A stretch of 64,000 nucleotides of DNA from Actinomycetota bacterium (GTDB lineage: Bacteria; Actinomycetota; Acidimicrobiia; Acidimicrobiales; Ilumatobacteraceae), in NCBI GenBank assembly GCA_043753895.1, contig JAYUWK010000133.1:2644-66643 (forward strand). Direction: 5' to 3'. Below are positions 19,021 through 28,812 of the stretch, piece after piece. The notes beneath the pieces are model-generated. The model saw only the letters and a program-made list of their open reading frames with translations. It did not search any database and was not told the origin of the DNA. The position numbers and the translations under genes were made by a program. The stretch's first letter is position 1; each line of letters begins with the position of its first letter.

Positions 19021-19340
19021 GTGCGCTTGAAGACCACTCCGTGGCCTCCCTCGGGATAGTTCCACGTGATGGCACCTTCGCGATTGCAGACCAGGTAACA
19101 CGTGCCGCATTCGAAGCACTGCTCGTAGTTGAACAGGATGCCGCCGTCGCTGGTGGGCACGAACAGCTTTGCCGGACATGCCACCACGCACTCGCGGGTG
19201 CTGCAGTCGGCGCAGACCGTGTCGTCGACCACGATGTGCGCCTGATGGTGCACATCGAATACCGCAGTGGCAATGCGATCCTCGAACGAGATCGTCGGCC
19301 AGGTGGGATCGGGATTGATGCGTTGTGCCGGGCTGGTCAT
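19017..19340 (-). CDS. fixX: Ferredoxin-like protein FixX
   Basis: It is 107 aa with Cys clusters CADCSTRECVVACP and CFECGTCYLVC. It overlaps both neighbours by 4 nt. Confidence 0.8.
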   Translation of the reverse strand: MTSPAQRINPDPTWPTISFEDRIATAVFDVHHQAHIVVDDTVCADCSTRECVVACPAKLFVPTSDGGILFNYEQCFECGTCYLVCNREGAITWNYPEGGHGVVFKRT

Positions 19341-20641
19341 CCGAAGCTCCTGAATCCGGCCCACGTATCGCGCGCCATGTCGATCCAGCGCATGCCGGCA
19401 CGTTTGCGTTCCTGTTTGAGAATGTGGCGCACACCGGGTTTTGGATCGGGATTGTCGACACGGAACATGCGCTCGGCTATCGCGTTGGCCATTTCCGGGT
19501 ACCCGTGTTGCACGCGATCCGACAGCACCAACGCAGGGGCTCGCCGCAACTTCTTGTGGTCCTTGAGTACGAACGTGGCCTCGAGCCGGCGACGGTAACC
19601 GCGCAACCCGTCGACAGACGTGTCGCCGCGATCGATGGCCTCGATGGCTGTCTGTCCGGCATACATGCCGCTGGCCATCGCGAAGTTGACACCCTCGAGC
19701 CAGATACCCGCGGCGAGGCACAACGCGGCCGCATCGCCGGCAAGGAGCAGCCCGTTGCCCGCAAGCGTGGGGATCATCTTGTAGCCGGCTTCGGGAATGA
19801 GGTGTGCGGAGTACTCCTTCAACTCGGCACCCTCGACCAGTGGGGCAACGGCCGAGTGCAGCTTCATCGCCGCAAGGAGTTCCTCGGGTCGGCGTTTCTG
19901 AGCGGCGAGCTTGGGTAGTTTGAGCACGAGCCCGATCGCGATGGTGTCGAGGTTGGTGTAGATGAACCCACCGCCGTTCACGTTGCCCGTACAGCCGACA
20001 ATTTCGATGTCGACACCCTCGTTGCCGCGCACGCCGAAGCGCTCGTCGATCACATGCTTGGGGAGCGCGAGCGTCTCTTTCACGCCGAGCGTGTAGTTGG
20101 CCGCGTTGACCTCGCCGTAGAGGCCCTCCTGCTTGGCGAGGAAGCTGTTCACGCCGTCACACGCGATGACGATAGGGGCGCTGAGATCGCCCTCGGGTCG
20201 GTCGGTGCTCACGCCGCTCACATGCCCCTTGGCGTCGTGCAGCAGCGATGTGACCGTGGTGCTGCAGATGAGCTCGGCGCCTGCTTGCACGGCCTGACCG
20301 GCGAGCCAGTTGTCGAAGTCGGGACGATATGCGGTGGCGCCGTTGTAGGGCGGGTGGCCCCACGCCTCGGTACGGAAGTCGATGTTCAACGCCTGCGTAT
20401 CGGTCATGATCATTGTCGATCGACGCGTGATCCAGCGTTGTATCGGTGCCTCGAGCCACCACTCGGGAATGATCTGATCGAGGATGCGTGGATAGATCAC
20501 CCCGCCGTACATGTTCTTGCTGCCTGGAAACGGACCGCGCTCGATGAGGGCCACGCGCTTGCCCGATCGTGCCAGGGTGAGCGCGGCGATGGAACCGGCG
20601 GGACCGGCGCCCACCACGATTGCGTCGAAGTCGTCAGCCAT
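19337..20641 (-). CDS. fixC: FAD-dependent ETF:quinone oxidoreductase-like protein FixC
   Basis: It has the N-terminal dinucleotide fold FDAIVVGAGPAGSIAALTLARSGKRVALIERG. Its length and position between etfA and fixX fit the call. Confidence 0.8.
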   Translation of the reverse strand: MADDFDAIVVGAGPAGSIAALTLARSGKRVALIERGPFPGSKNMYGGVIYPRILDQIIPEWWLEAPIQRWITRRSTMIMTDTQALNIDFRTEAWGHPPYNGATAYRPDFDNWLAGQAVQAGAELICSTTVTSLLHDAKGHVSGVSTDRPEGDLSAPIVIACDGVNSFLAKQEGLYGEVNAANYTLGVKETLALPKHVIDERFGVRGNEGVDIEIVGCTGNVNGGGFIYTNLDTIAIGLVLKLPKLAAQKRRPEELLAAMKLHSAVAPLVEGAELKEYSAHLIPEAGYKMIPTLAGNGLLLAGDAAALCLAAGIWLEGVNFAMASGMYAGQTAIEAIDRGDTSVDGLRGYRRRLEATFVLKDHKKLRRAPALVLSDRVQHGYPEMANAIAERMFRVDNPDPKPGVRHILKQERKRAGMRWIDMARDTWAGFRSFG

Positions 20642-21551
20642 GATCTTCCAATCGTTGCAGAAGTTTGCTGACGACAGCGTTGGCGTCGCTCACGATGGCG
20701 AGGTCGGCGAGTTGCATCATCGGACAGTGTGGATCAGTGTTGACACTGACGATGTGATCCGGCTGGCCAAGACCGCTGGTGTGTTGCACTGCGCCGCTGA
20801 TACCGAACGCGATGTAGAGCTGCGGATCGACCACCACACCGGTGGTGCCGATCTGGCGCTCGTGACCGACCCAGCCGCGATCGGTGATGACGCGCGTGGC
20901 ACCCATCGATGCGTCGAGCAACGCCGCCACCGTCGCGAGTTCGGCAAACGCAGCTTGCGTGGTGAGGCCGGCACCGCCGCCGAGGATGCGCGGGGATTCG
21001 GCGAGGTCCATGGTCGCGACGTCGGGTGGGAGGACCTCGATGACGCTGGCGTCTCGGGGTGCGCCTACTTGCGGCTCGAATTCGACGATCGTGACATTGA
21101 TTTTGCGGGTGTCTGTTGGTGCAGTTGGGTCCACTCCGCGAACGCCGGGTTGCAGTGTGGCGACGAACGAAGCCGCTGGCACGATCTCGTTGATCACCAG
21201 GCCGCCGTTACGGGCGAGTTCGATGCGGTGCGGCCTGACCGAGATGGCTCCGGCCCACAGATCGCGCTGCAGTGCGGCGGCGATGCGCGGCGCCAGGTCT
21301 CGGCCGTCGGGCGAGGCGGGCAGCACCACGTGCGCTTCGTGAGCGAGTTGCGCAGCAAGGAGCGTGGACCACGCGCCCGGCGCATAGTCGCCGGCTTCGA
21401 TGGTGATGATCATCGAAGCGGTGCCATCGACCTCGCCGGCCGCTATGGCGACACTCGATCCGATGAGTAGCACGCGGCCATCGCACTCGGCAACCGTTTC
21501 GAGGCCGCCTGCAGGCAGGGCTCCTTCTCTGACGGGTACAACGGCAAGCAT
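20634..21551 (-). CDS. etfA: Electron transfer flavoprotein alpha subunit (FixB/EtfA-like)
   Basis: It has the C-terminal FAD-binding region (GATRVITDRGWVGHERQIGTTGVVVDPQLYIAFGISGAVQHTSG). Confidence 0.8.
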   Translation of the reverse strand: MLAVVPVREGALPAGGLETVAECDGRVLLIGSSVAIAAGEVDGTASMIITIEAGDYAPGAWSTLLAAQLAHEAHVVLPASPDGRDLAPRIAAALQRDLWAGAISVRPHRIELARNGGLVINEIVPAASFVATLQPGVRGVDPTAPTDTRKINVTIVEFEPQVGAPRDASVIEVLPPDVATMDLAESPRILGGGAGLTTQAAFAELATVAALLDASMGATRVITDRGWVGHERQIGTTGVVVDPQLYIAFGISGAVQHTSGLGQPDHIVSVNTDPHCPMMQLADLAIVSDANAVVSKLLQRLEDHG

Positions 21552-21689
21552 CAGTTGCAGGCTACGAGGCCGCGGGGCGCGAGCGGAAGTGGGACGGTGT
21601 GTCGATTCGTGAATGCTGTACGCATGGTTACGGCGCGCTGAGCATTCACGAAGCAGGCGAGGGCGCGAGCGGAGGTGGAACGTGCGCTG

Positions 21690-22160
21690 TCAGCGGTGTG
21701 CGCCCGGCTTGCGGCCGAGCAACTTGGCGGGCTTGTTCGGCCCGCCGCTGCGCTTCTTACGCACTTCCTTGCGCACGACGAACCGCAACGCCGTCCAGGT
21801 GTCGTCGATGGCGCAGACTTTGTTGTCGACCCAACCCGTGGGTAGCACGACTTCCCGCACGACATCGTCGGTGATGTCGGTGGCAACTCCACTCGCCTTC
21901 TTCGGCCAGCAGATCCAGATGGCGCCATCGGGAACCACGGCGGCCGCAAGACTCGGCCAATTGGTGACTAAGCCAGATCGGCGGGCGTGGAACGCCATCA
22001 CGATGTCGAGCGGAGGTCGCAGCCGGTTCGCCCACTCGACCGCGAGCGGGATCTCGCCGAGCGTGTGGCGGAAGTCGGCAGGCGGATTGACGGTGCAGAG
22101 GCGCGTACCTTCGACGATGCCCAGTTTCTGAACGAGTGGAATGTCGATGTAATCAGGCAT
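21690..22160 (-). CDS. DUF3052-like small cytoplasmic protein
   Basis: It has KLGIVEGTRL near the N-terminus, IWICWPKKASGVATDITDD, and a basic C-terminal tail. The call rests on remembered family architecture only. Confidence 0.45.
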   Translation of the reverse strand: MPDYIDIPLVQKLGIVEGTRLCTVNPPADFRHTLGEIPLAVEWANRLRPPLDIVMAFHARRSGLVTNWPSLAAAVVPDGAIWICWPKKASGVATDITDDVVREVVLPTGWVDNKVCAIDDTWTALRFVVRKEVRKKRSGGPNKPAKLLGRKPGAHR

Positions 22161-22171
22161 GACAATGGTCC

Positions 22172-22558
22172 TCAGGCGCGACCCATGATGCGGTCGACGA
22201 CAATCTCGATGGCCACCCGATCGACTCGCTCTCCGGGCTGGCGGTACCGGTTAGCGTACCCTGCGACGGCGGCGGCCACGCTCGACGCATCGGTGGCGAG
22301 ACGGACCTGGCCTTCGAGGGTGAGCCATCGGCCTCCATCGACCTGCGACACAGCAGCCCGGCCGCCTCGCGCGGCGTTGCGGGCCTTGATCGATGGCGCG
22401 AACGTGATGACCCGCACGAGACGATCGGCAGGGGAGTAGCTGAAACCCACCGGAACGACATGAGGACTGCCGTCGGCACGCAGTGTGGTGAGCGTGGCGA
22501 GGTGGCGCTCGGTGAGAAACGTAAGTACCTCGTCAGAGAGGTTGGCAGGATCGATCAT
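22172..22558 (-). CDS. PPOX-class (pyridoxamine 5'-phosphate oxidase-like, probably F420-dependent) split-barrel protein
   Basis: It has FLTERHLATLTTLRADGSPHVVPVGF, a typical PPOX split-barrel N-terminus. The ATG at 22558 overlaps the stop of the upstream permease gene by 1 nt. Confidence 0.6.
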   Translation of the reverse strand: MIDPANLSDEVLTFLTERHLATLTTLRADGSPHVVPVGFSYSPADRLVRVITFAPSIKARNAARGGRAAVSQVDGGRWLTLEGQVRLATDASSVAAAVAGYANRYRQPGERVDRVAIEIVVDRIMGRA

Positions 22559-25104
22559 CAGTCGGTTCCGATGGCTTTCAAGAGGTCGAGCTTGGTTGCG
22601 CGCCACGCGGGGATGACCGCGGCCAAGACTCCGACGACGAATGCAGTCACGACGATGACCACGATGGCCGTAGTGGGTATGGCGTACTTCGAGAGGCCTG
22701 AGTCTCGCAGAGCGACGATCACGATGTAGCCGAGCACGAGACCGAGCACCACCCCGACGATTGCTCCGTAGAGCGATGTCAGCACACTCTCCCAGCGCAC
22801 CGTGGTGCGCACCTGCGACCGGGTCATACCGACCGCGCGTAACAGGCCGATCTCGCGTCGACGCTCGTACACGGCGAGCAGCATCGTGAGCACGATGCCG
22901 AACACGGCAATGATCACCGAGAGCGCGAGCAGGCCGTAGATGAAGAACAGGCTGCGATCGATGATGTCGCTGCGACCGTCGATGAATTGTGATCGATTCT
23001 GCAATGTGCCGATGCCGTAGGTCTTGATCGATGCGTCCACCGCGACGCGGAACTTTTTGTCGGACACGCCCGGCGCCTTGGTCATGAACACGAAGCCGGC
23101 GAGGTTGCTCACCGAGGTGCCCTTGAGAAGGTCGCGGTGCACCACTCGCGCCTGCGCAAGGTCGCTCGACGCATAGATGCCCTGCACGGTGACGGTCACA
23201 TCAGTTTGGCCCACACGTAAACCAACCGTGGACCCGACGTCGAGCTTGGCCCGCTTGGCTTCGCCGGAACTGACCAGAATGCCCTTCGGCGTGAGCGACG
23301 CGAACGAGCCCTGCAGGAACTTGTAATCGAGAATGCCGATGGCTGTTTCTGGGTTCACGGTGGTTGCGAAGAACCCTTTTTGCGTGTCGCTGTACTGCAA
23401 CCGCGCAAAGCCCAAACCAGTCGCTGCACCGACCTCGGGCAGCGTGTTGAGTTCGTCGACAAAGCTCTGGCTGAAGCTCAGCGAGCCGCCGTTAGACGAA
23501 TTGATCACGTACTCGCCCAGGAACTGCTGGCCGATGGTGTCGCGTAGTTGTTGCTTGATCGACGCTGCGAACACGCTGGCGCCCGTGACCAACGCGACGC
23601 CGATGAGCACCGGTGCGGCGGTGCGCGCGGTGCGGCGCGGGTTGCGCTGCACGTTCGCCCGACTCATGCCGCCGGTGATACCACGGAAGCGTTCGACCGG
23701 CGCTCCCAACACGCGGGCGATGGGGTTGGCCATCGTGGGGCCGAGCAGCAGGATGCCCACGAAGATGGCGACCACGGCGACCCCAAGCAGAATGCCTGCC
23801 GCACCGACGATCACGGCGATGATCGCGGCCACGCCGAGTGCGATGAATCCGAACGCCGCGAGCACACGGGTTCGGTTGCTGCGCACCTGCTCGAACGCCG
23901 ATTCGCTCATCGCTGCGACGGGGGGCACGCGTGCCGCCGAGAACGCGGGTACCGCTGCCGCGACCAGTGTGGTGATGATGCCGGCGATCACGGTGACCAC
24001 GACCGTGCCCGCGGTGATGACCAATCCGCGCGACGGCACGCCCAACCCCGCACCATTCAGCGCAACCTGAATCCCGATGGCGAGACCGGCACCGGCAACG
24101 AGACCGAGCGCCGAGCCGAGCACTCCGATGACGGAGGCCTCGGTGAGCATCATCCATGTGACCTGTCGGCGACTTGCGCCGATGGCGCGCAGCAGGGCGT
24201 TTTCGCGTCGCCGTTGCGCGGCAGTGATCGAGAATACGTTGTAGATCACGAAGCAGCCCACGCCCAACGCGATGAAGGAAAAGATGGACAGGAAGATCGT
24301 GAAGAAGCCGAGGCCCTTCTGAATTTCGGTCTGGCTCTGTGCGGTGATCTCTGCACCGGTGAGGGCCTGCATCTGATTGAGTCCGGGAGCGGCGCTCATG
24401 GCTGCCTGCACGCGCCGTGCCAGCTCGGTGTCGGTGACGGTGCTATCGCCGCGGATGAGTACGGCATCGATGAAACCGGGCTTGGCCACGAACTCCATTG
24501 CGGTATCAGTGTCGAACAGCGCCCACGTGGCGTCGCCGGGCGTGGCCACGGTGTTGTAGCGGGCGATACCGACGAGGGTGAACGTGCGCGACCCAGCCTC
24601 GGCGTTGATCTTCACTGTGTCGCCGAGTACGTAACCGCCATCAGACGCGGTCTGGTCGTCGAGCACTACCTCGCCGCCTCCGCTGGGTGAGCGACCACTC
24701 GTAAGCTTCCATACCGAGAGATCACCGGAGTTCAGGGTGCCGCCCGAGGTGGATCGGGTGGTGCGCTCGATTGGCTTACCGTTCTTGCCGATGACCACGG
24801 CGTCGCCTTGCACCAAGGCCTGCGCGTCGCTGACGCCCCGCACAGCTGCCGCGACCGCGACCGCATCGATAGGTACCTTGTCGCGCACCTCGAAACCGAA
24901 TGCGGTTTCGACCGTGTTGCTGGACTGCACATAGGCGTCGACTTTCTCGAACGACTTCGCAAAGATCGCGTCGAACGTGCCCTCGAGCGTGTCGCGAAAC
25001 ATGAAGGTGCCCGACAAGAACGCGGTGCTGACGATGATCGCCAGTGCGGTGAGCACGATGCGCCCAAAGCGGGCGGTCACGTTTTTGAAGGCGAGGCGCA
25101 GCAT
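22558..25104 (-). CDS. ABC transporter permease, FtsX/MacB type with two FtsX domains (paralogue 1)
   Basis: It is 848 aa. The N-terminus MLRLAFKNVTARFGRIVLTALAIIVS is typical of the family. Two 4-helix FtsX modules follow, each after a large extracytoplasmic domain. Confidence 0.85.
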   Translation of the reverse strand: MLRLAFKNVTARFGRIVLTALAIIVSTAFLSGTFMFRDTLEGTFDAIFAKSFEKVDAYVQSSNTVETAFGFEVRDKVPIDAVAVAAAVRGVSDAQALVQGDAVVIGKNGKPIERTTRSTSGGTLNSGDLSVWKLTSGRSPSGGGEVVLDDQTASDGGYVLGDTVKINAEAGSRTFTLVGIARYNTVATPGDATWALFDTDTAMEFVAKPGFIDAVLIRGDSTVTDTELARRVQAAMSAAPGLNQMQALTGAEITAQSQTEIQKGLGFFTIFLSIFSFIALGVGCFVIYNVFSITAAQRRRENALLRAIGASRRQVTWMMLTEASVIGVLGSALGLVAGAGLAIGIQVALNGAGLGVPSRGLVITAGTVVVTVIAGIITTLVAAAVPAFSAARVPPVAAMSESAFEQVRSNRTRVLAAFGFIALGVAAIIAVIVGAAGILLGVAVVAIFVGILLLGPTMANPIARVLGAPVERFRGITGGMSRANVQRNPRRTARTAAPVLIGVALVTGASVFAASIKQQLRDTIGQQFLGEYVINSSNGGSLSFSQSFVDELNTLPEVGAATGLGFARLQYSDTQKGFFATTVNPETAIGILDYKFLQGSFASLTPKGILVSSGEAKRAKLDVGSTVGLRVGQTDVTVTVQGIYASSDLAQARVVHRDLLKGTSVSNLAGFVFMTKAPGVSDKKFRVAVDASIKTYGIGTLQNRSQFIDGRSDIIDRSLFFIYGLLALSVIIAVFGIVLTMLLAVYERRREIGLLRAVGMTRSQVRTTVRWESVLTSLYGAIVGVVLGLVLGYIVIVALRDSGLSKYAIPTTAIVVIVVTAFVVGVLAAVIPAWRATKLDLLKAIGTD

Positions 25105-25143
25105 TGCGATGGGCCTAACGCTGCCTGTGATGACGGGTGGTGG

Positions 25144-27687
25144 TCATGTGGTGGCGATGGCCTGCAGGATGTCGGATTTTGAGGCACGACGTGCCGGCCA
25201 CCAGGCCGCGACGATTGCGAAGACCACGGCAGCGACGGCGAAGATTCCGATCGAGACGTACGACACGCTGAAGATCGTGAGGCCCTGATCGCCGAGCGCG
25301 CGGACCACGATCCAGCCGAGCGCGAGTCCGAGCAGCGTGCCCATGATCGCGCCGAGTACGGCGGTCACGATGGCCTCCCAACGAACACTGTCGCGCACCT
25401 GTTTGCGGGTCATACCGATGGCACGCATCAAGCCGAGCTCGCGCCGACGTTCGTACACGGCGAGCAGCAGGGTGAGCACGATGCCGAGCACCGCGATGAA
25501 TACGGCCATGCCCAACAGTGCATAGATGAAATTGAGAATCGGTGTGACCTGTTCAACCTGAGCGTCGATGAAAGCGGTGCGGGTTTGCACCTTGGCTGTG
25601 GGGTACTTGTCGGTGACGGTCTTCACGGCCGTGGTGGCGTCGGCGTCGGAAACGCCCGGCTTTGTCTGCGCGAAGATCTGGATGTCGAACAGGGTTGCGC
25701 CACGTCCGTCGAACAGGGAACGGTCGACGATCACGTTCCCGAAAGCTTTCGACTCGTAGACACCGGCCACTGTCAACGTGGCGGTGGATTGATCGAGGAA
25801 GGACACCGCAAGTTGGCTGCCTACTCGCAAGCCGTCGCGGTCGGCTTTGCCCTTGGAGACCAGGACCGTCGTGTTGTTCAGCCCTGACCAGCCGCCGTCG
25901 ACGAACGTGAAGTTGAACAACTTGGCCGCATGCGTGGCGTCGAGGGTGAAGACGCCGGTGGCCTTGGGCGTGCCGTCTTTGACGACCTTGATTTGGGCGA
26001 TTCCCAAGCCGGCAGCGTCGCTGATCTCGGGGAGCTTGTTGAGGTCGTCGGTGAGCGTGGTGGGCAGCCCGCCGAAGCCCTGACCGTCGCTGGTGCTCAC
26101 CGCAAAGTTTCCGGTGAACTGCTTGCCGATGGTCTCGCGGATGGAACTCTGTAAGGAGGAGCCGATCGTGGAGACGCCGATGAGGAACGCGAGGCCGATA
26201 CCGAGTGCCGCGGCGGTGAGCGAGGTGCGCTCGGGGCTACGTGCGGCATTACGAACGGCGATCTCGCCGGTGACGCCCTTGATCGCGCGCAGCGGGCGCG
26301 TCAGAGCGGTAGTGACCGGCCCAACGGTGACAGGACCGAGCGCAATCGCTGTAATGAAGAGCGACGGGACGCCGAGTACCAGCCAAATGGCGGCACGGTT
26401 GAGGCCGAGAACGACCCCAACTACCGAGAATGCGACGAAAACAGCACCGATGACGATGCGTCGGAGCGACAGACCGGAGCGATCGATGCTGACATCGCGC
26501 ATCGCGGCAAGCGGTGAGACTCGCCCGGCACGAATGGCGGGGAGTGTGGCGCAGAGCACCGTCACGACGAGTCCCACGATGAGCGTGATCACGAACGAGC
26601 GCGAGTTGACGGTGAGCGCTGTGTCGGACGGCCCGCTACCGAGCTTCTTGAGGATCCCGAGAATGGTCGTTGCGAGCACGACGCCTCCGCCGAACCCGAG
26701 CAGGCTGCCGACGACACCCACGACGCCCGCCTCGACGAACAACGACCGCACCACTTGGCCACGGTTGGCGCCGATGGCGCGCATGAGCGCGCTCTCCTGC
26801 TGGCGTTGGGCTGCAGTGATACGGAACACGTTGTAGATCACGAAACAACCAACGAGCAATGCGATCGCGGCGAAGATGGTGAGCACTTTGCTGAACAGGT
26901 TGAAGAACTTGGCGACCGAGTTCTGCGTCTCTTTGGTGATCTCAGCGCCGGTGAGCACCTGCACCGATTGACCCGTGAGCGCCTTTTGGATCGTGGCCTT
27001 CAACTGCGTGTCGGTGAGAGAACCATCGCCGCGCACGATGACAGAGTCGATCTTGCCGGCTTCGCCGATCACGAAGTCCTGAGCTGTCGCGAGGTCGAAC
27101 AACGCCCATGTGGCCGAGCCGGATGTGTCGGATCCTGCGAAGGTGACGATGCCGACCACGGTGAACGGTCGAGCACCGGCTTTGGCCGTGACGGTGACCG
27201 AGTCGCCGAGCGAGATTTTGCCTTCCTTGGCCGATCGTTTGTCGATGACGACTTCGGTCGAGCCTGCTGCCGGACGACCCTCGGCCAGCTTCCATGGCGA
27301 GCTCTTCGCGCCGGTGAACACGCCGCCGTACTTGGGTGGGCCGTCGATGCCGATGGGCTTGCCGGACGCGGTGGAAATGCGGGCGAAGCTCTGTACATCG
27401 CCTCGTGCTTCTGTGACTCCGGGAATTGCGGCGACCTCGGCGATCACCGAATCCAGAAGGCGCCCGCGGGTGTCGGCTCCGAAGTCGCCCTCGATCACGT
27501 TGGAGGAACGCACGAACGCATCGGTCTGCGCGTAAGCAGTGGCGAAGAGACGATTGATGCTCGCGTTGATGGTGTCGCTGAATACGAACACGCCGCTCAG
27601 GAACGCGCAGCTGGCAATGACTGCGAGCGAGGTGAGCAGCAGCCGGCCCTTTCGGGCCAGCACGTTCTTTAGTGAGATTCGGAACAT
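25144..27687 (-). CDS. ABC transporter permease, FtsX/MacB type with two FtsX domains (paralogue 2)
   Basis: It is 847 aa and collinear with the downstream paralogue (MFRISLKNVLARKGRLLLTSLAVIAS...). Its start is 2 nt from the stop of the ATPase gene. Confidence 0.85.
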   Translation of the reverse strand: MFRISLKNVLARKGRLLLTSLAVIASCAFLSGVFVFSDTINASINRLFATAYAQTDAFVRSSNVIEGDFGADTRGRLLDSVIAEVAAIPGVTEARGDVQSFARISTASGKPIGIDGPPKYGGVFTGAKSSPWKLAEGRPAAGSTEVVIDKRSAKEGKISLGDSVTVTAKAGARPFTVVGIVTFAGSDTSGSATWALFDLATAQDFVIGEAGKIDSVIVRGDGSLTDTQLKATIQKALTGQSVQVLTGAEITKETQNSVAKFFNLFSKVLTIFAAIALLVGCFVIYNVFRITAAQRQQESALMRAIGANRGQVVRSLFVEAGVVGVVGSLLGFGGGVVLATTILGILKKLGSGPSDTALTVNSRSFVITLIVGLVVTVLCATLPAIRAGRVSPLAAMRDVSIDRSGLSLRRIVIGAVFVAFSVVGVVLGLNRAAIWLVLGVPSLFITAIALGPVTVGPVTTALTRPLRAIKGVTGEIAVRNAARSPERTSLTAAALGIGLAFLIGVSTIGSSLQSSIRETIGKQFTGNFAVSTSDGQGFGGLPTTLTDDLNKLPEISDAAGLGIAQIKVVKDGTPKATGVFTLDATHAAKLFNFTFVDGGWSGLNNTTVLVSKGKADRDGLRVGSQLAVSFLDQSTATLTVAGVYESKAFGNVIVDRSLFDGRGATLFDIQIFAQTKPGVSDADATTAVKTVTDKYPTAKVQTRTAFIDAQVEQVTPILNFIYALLGMAVFIAVLGIVLTLLLAVYERRRELGLMRAIGMTRKQVRDSVRWEAIVTAVLGAIMGTLLGLALGWIVVRALGDQGLTIFSVSYVSIGIFAVAAVVFAIVAAWWPARRASKSDILQAIATT

Positions 27688-27688
27688 G

Positions 27689-28432
27689 TCATTCCCCGAA
27701 GCGCTTCATACGATCGAGTACGCGGTCCGCTGTGGGATCCTGCATCTCGTCGACGATGCGGCCATCGGCCAGGAAGATGACGCGATCGGCGTAGCTCGCG
27801 GCAACCGGATCGTGGGTGACCATCACGATGGTTTGTCCCAATTCGTTCACGGCGAGGCGCATGAACGACAAAATCTCAGCACCGGTGCGGCTGTCGAGGT
27901 TGCCCGTGGGCTCGTCGGCGAAGATGATGGTGGGCCGGCTGGCAAGCGCGCGGGCCACGGCAACACGCTGCTGCTGGCCGCCCGACAACTCGCTCGGCCG
28001 GTGGGTGAGACGGTCGCGCAGACCAACGGTGTCAATGACCCGGTTGATCCAGGCTTCATCACCCTTGGAGTTGCCGAGCAGCAACGGGAGGCGGATGTTC
28101 TCTTCGGCCGAGAGCGTGGGGATGAGGTTGTAGGCCTGAAAGATGAAGCCGACCTTCTCGCGGCGCAACTCGGTGAGTTCTTTGTCCTTGAGCGTGGCGA
28201 GGTAAGTGTCGCCGATGTACACGGCGCCCGATGTGAGGCCGTCGAGACCGGCAAGGGTGTGCATGAGGGTGGACTTGCCCGAACCGGAGGGGCCCATGAT
28301 GGCGGTGAATCTGCCGGCTTCGAACGCGACGGTCACGCCGTCGAGGGCTCGTACTTCGCTATCGCCTGAGCCGTAGAACTTGGTGGCATCGACGGCTCCG
28401 GCTGCAGCGGTGGCGGTGGGGGCTTCAGTCAT
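27689..28432 (-). CDS. ABC transporter ATP-binding protein (MacB/LolD-type)
   Basis: It has Walker A GPSGSGKST, signature LSGGQQQRVAVARAL, Walker B IIFADEPTGNLD and an H-loop VTHD. The start is at ATG 28432 (MTEAP) or ATG 28459. Confidence 0.9.
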   Translation of the reverse strand: MTEAPTATAAAGAVDATKFYGSGDSEVRALDGVTVAFEAGRFTAIMGPSGSGKSTLMHTLAGLDGLTSGAVYIGDTYLATLKDKELTELRREKVGFIFQAYNLIPTLSAEENIRLPLLLGNSKGDEAWINRVIDTVGLRDRLTHRPSELSGGQQQRVAVARALASRPTIIFADEPTGNLDSRTGAEILSFMRLAVNELGQTIVMVTHDPVAASYADRVIFLADGRIVDEMQDPTADRVLDRMKRFGE

Positions 28433-28812
28433 CCCGTAGTTGTATCGGAAAATCGGCAATTACCGATCCAGAACAGGGTGGATTCGTTACCTGGACCGGT
28501 GGGTAGGCGTCTCGTCTCAGCCGCCGGACAGGGCCTCGATGTACTGCACGATCAGTGCCACCTCAGCCGGAGTAAGCGACTTCGTCGCTGCCTTGGCGCT
28601 GCGTGGCCGTCAGACTGACGGTTGAGGCGTCGCCAGAGTCGGGTGCACACGACGCGAGCACGGCACCAGCCAACAAGGCAGTGACCACGGACGCGAAGAC
28701 GATACGTCGCTGTACCACGGCGGCAAACTATCGCAGCGGTGCAGGGTGCGCGGAGACGCGGGATTGAAACCCGTGGCTCGCGCCGGGGTGCCGATGCCGT
28801 ACGATCTGCCCA

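Noticed and set aside
28517-28718. A small minus-strand lipoprotein-like ORF (VVQRRIVFASVVTALLAGAVLASCAPDSG..., 51 aa). The following frame encodes ..SLTPAEVALIVQYIEALSGG, reminiscent of a cytochrome c C-terminal helix.
   Set aside because: It is too short, has no CxxCH haem motif, and needs a frameshift to join the two parts. It may be a gene remnant or a genuine small lipoprotein, but I cannot support either from sequence alone.
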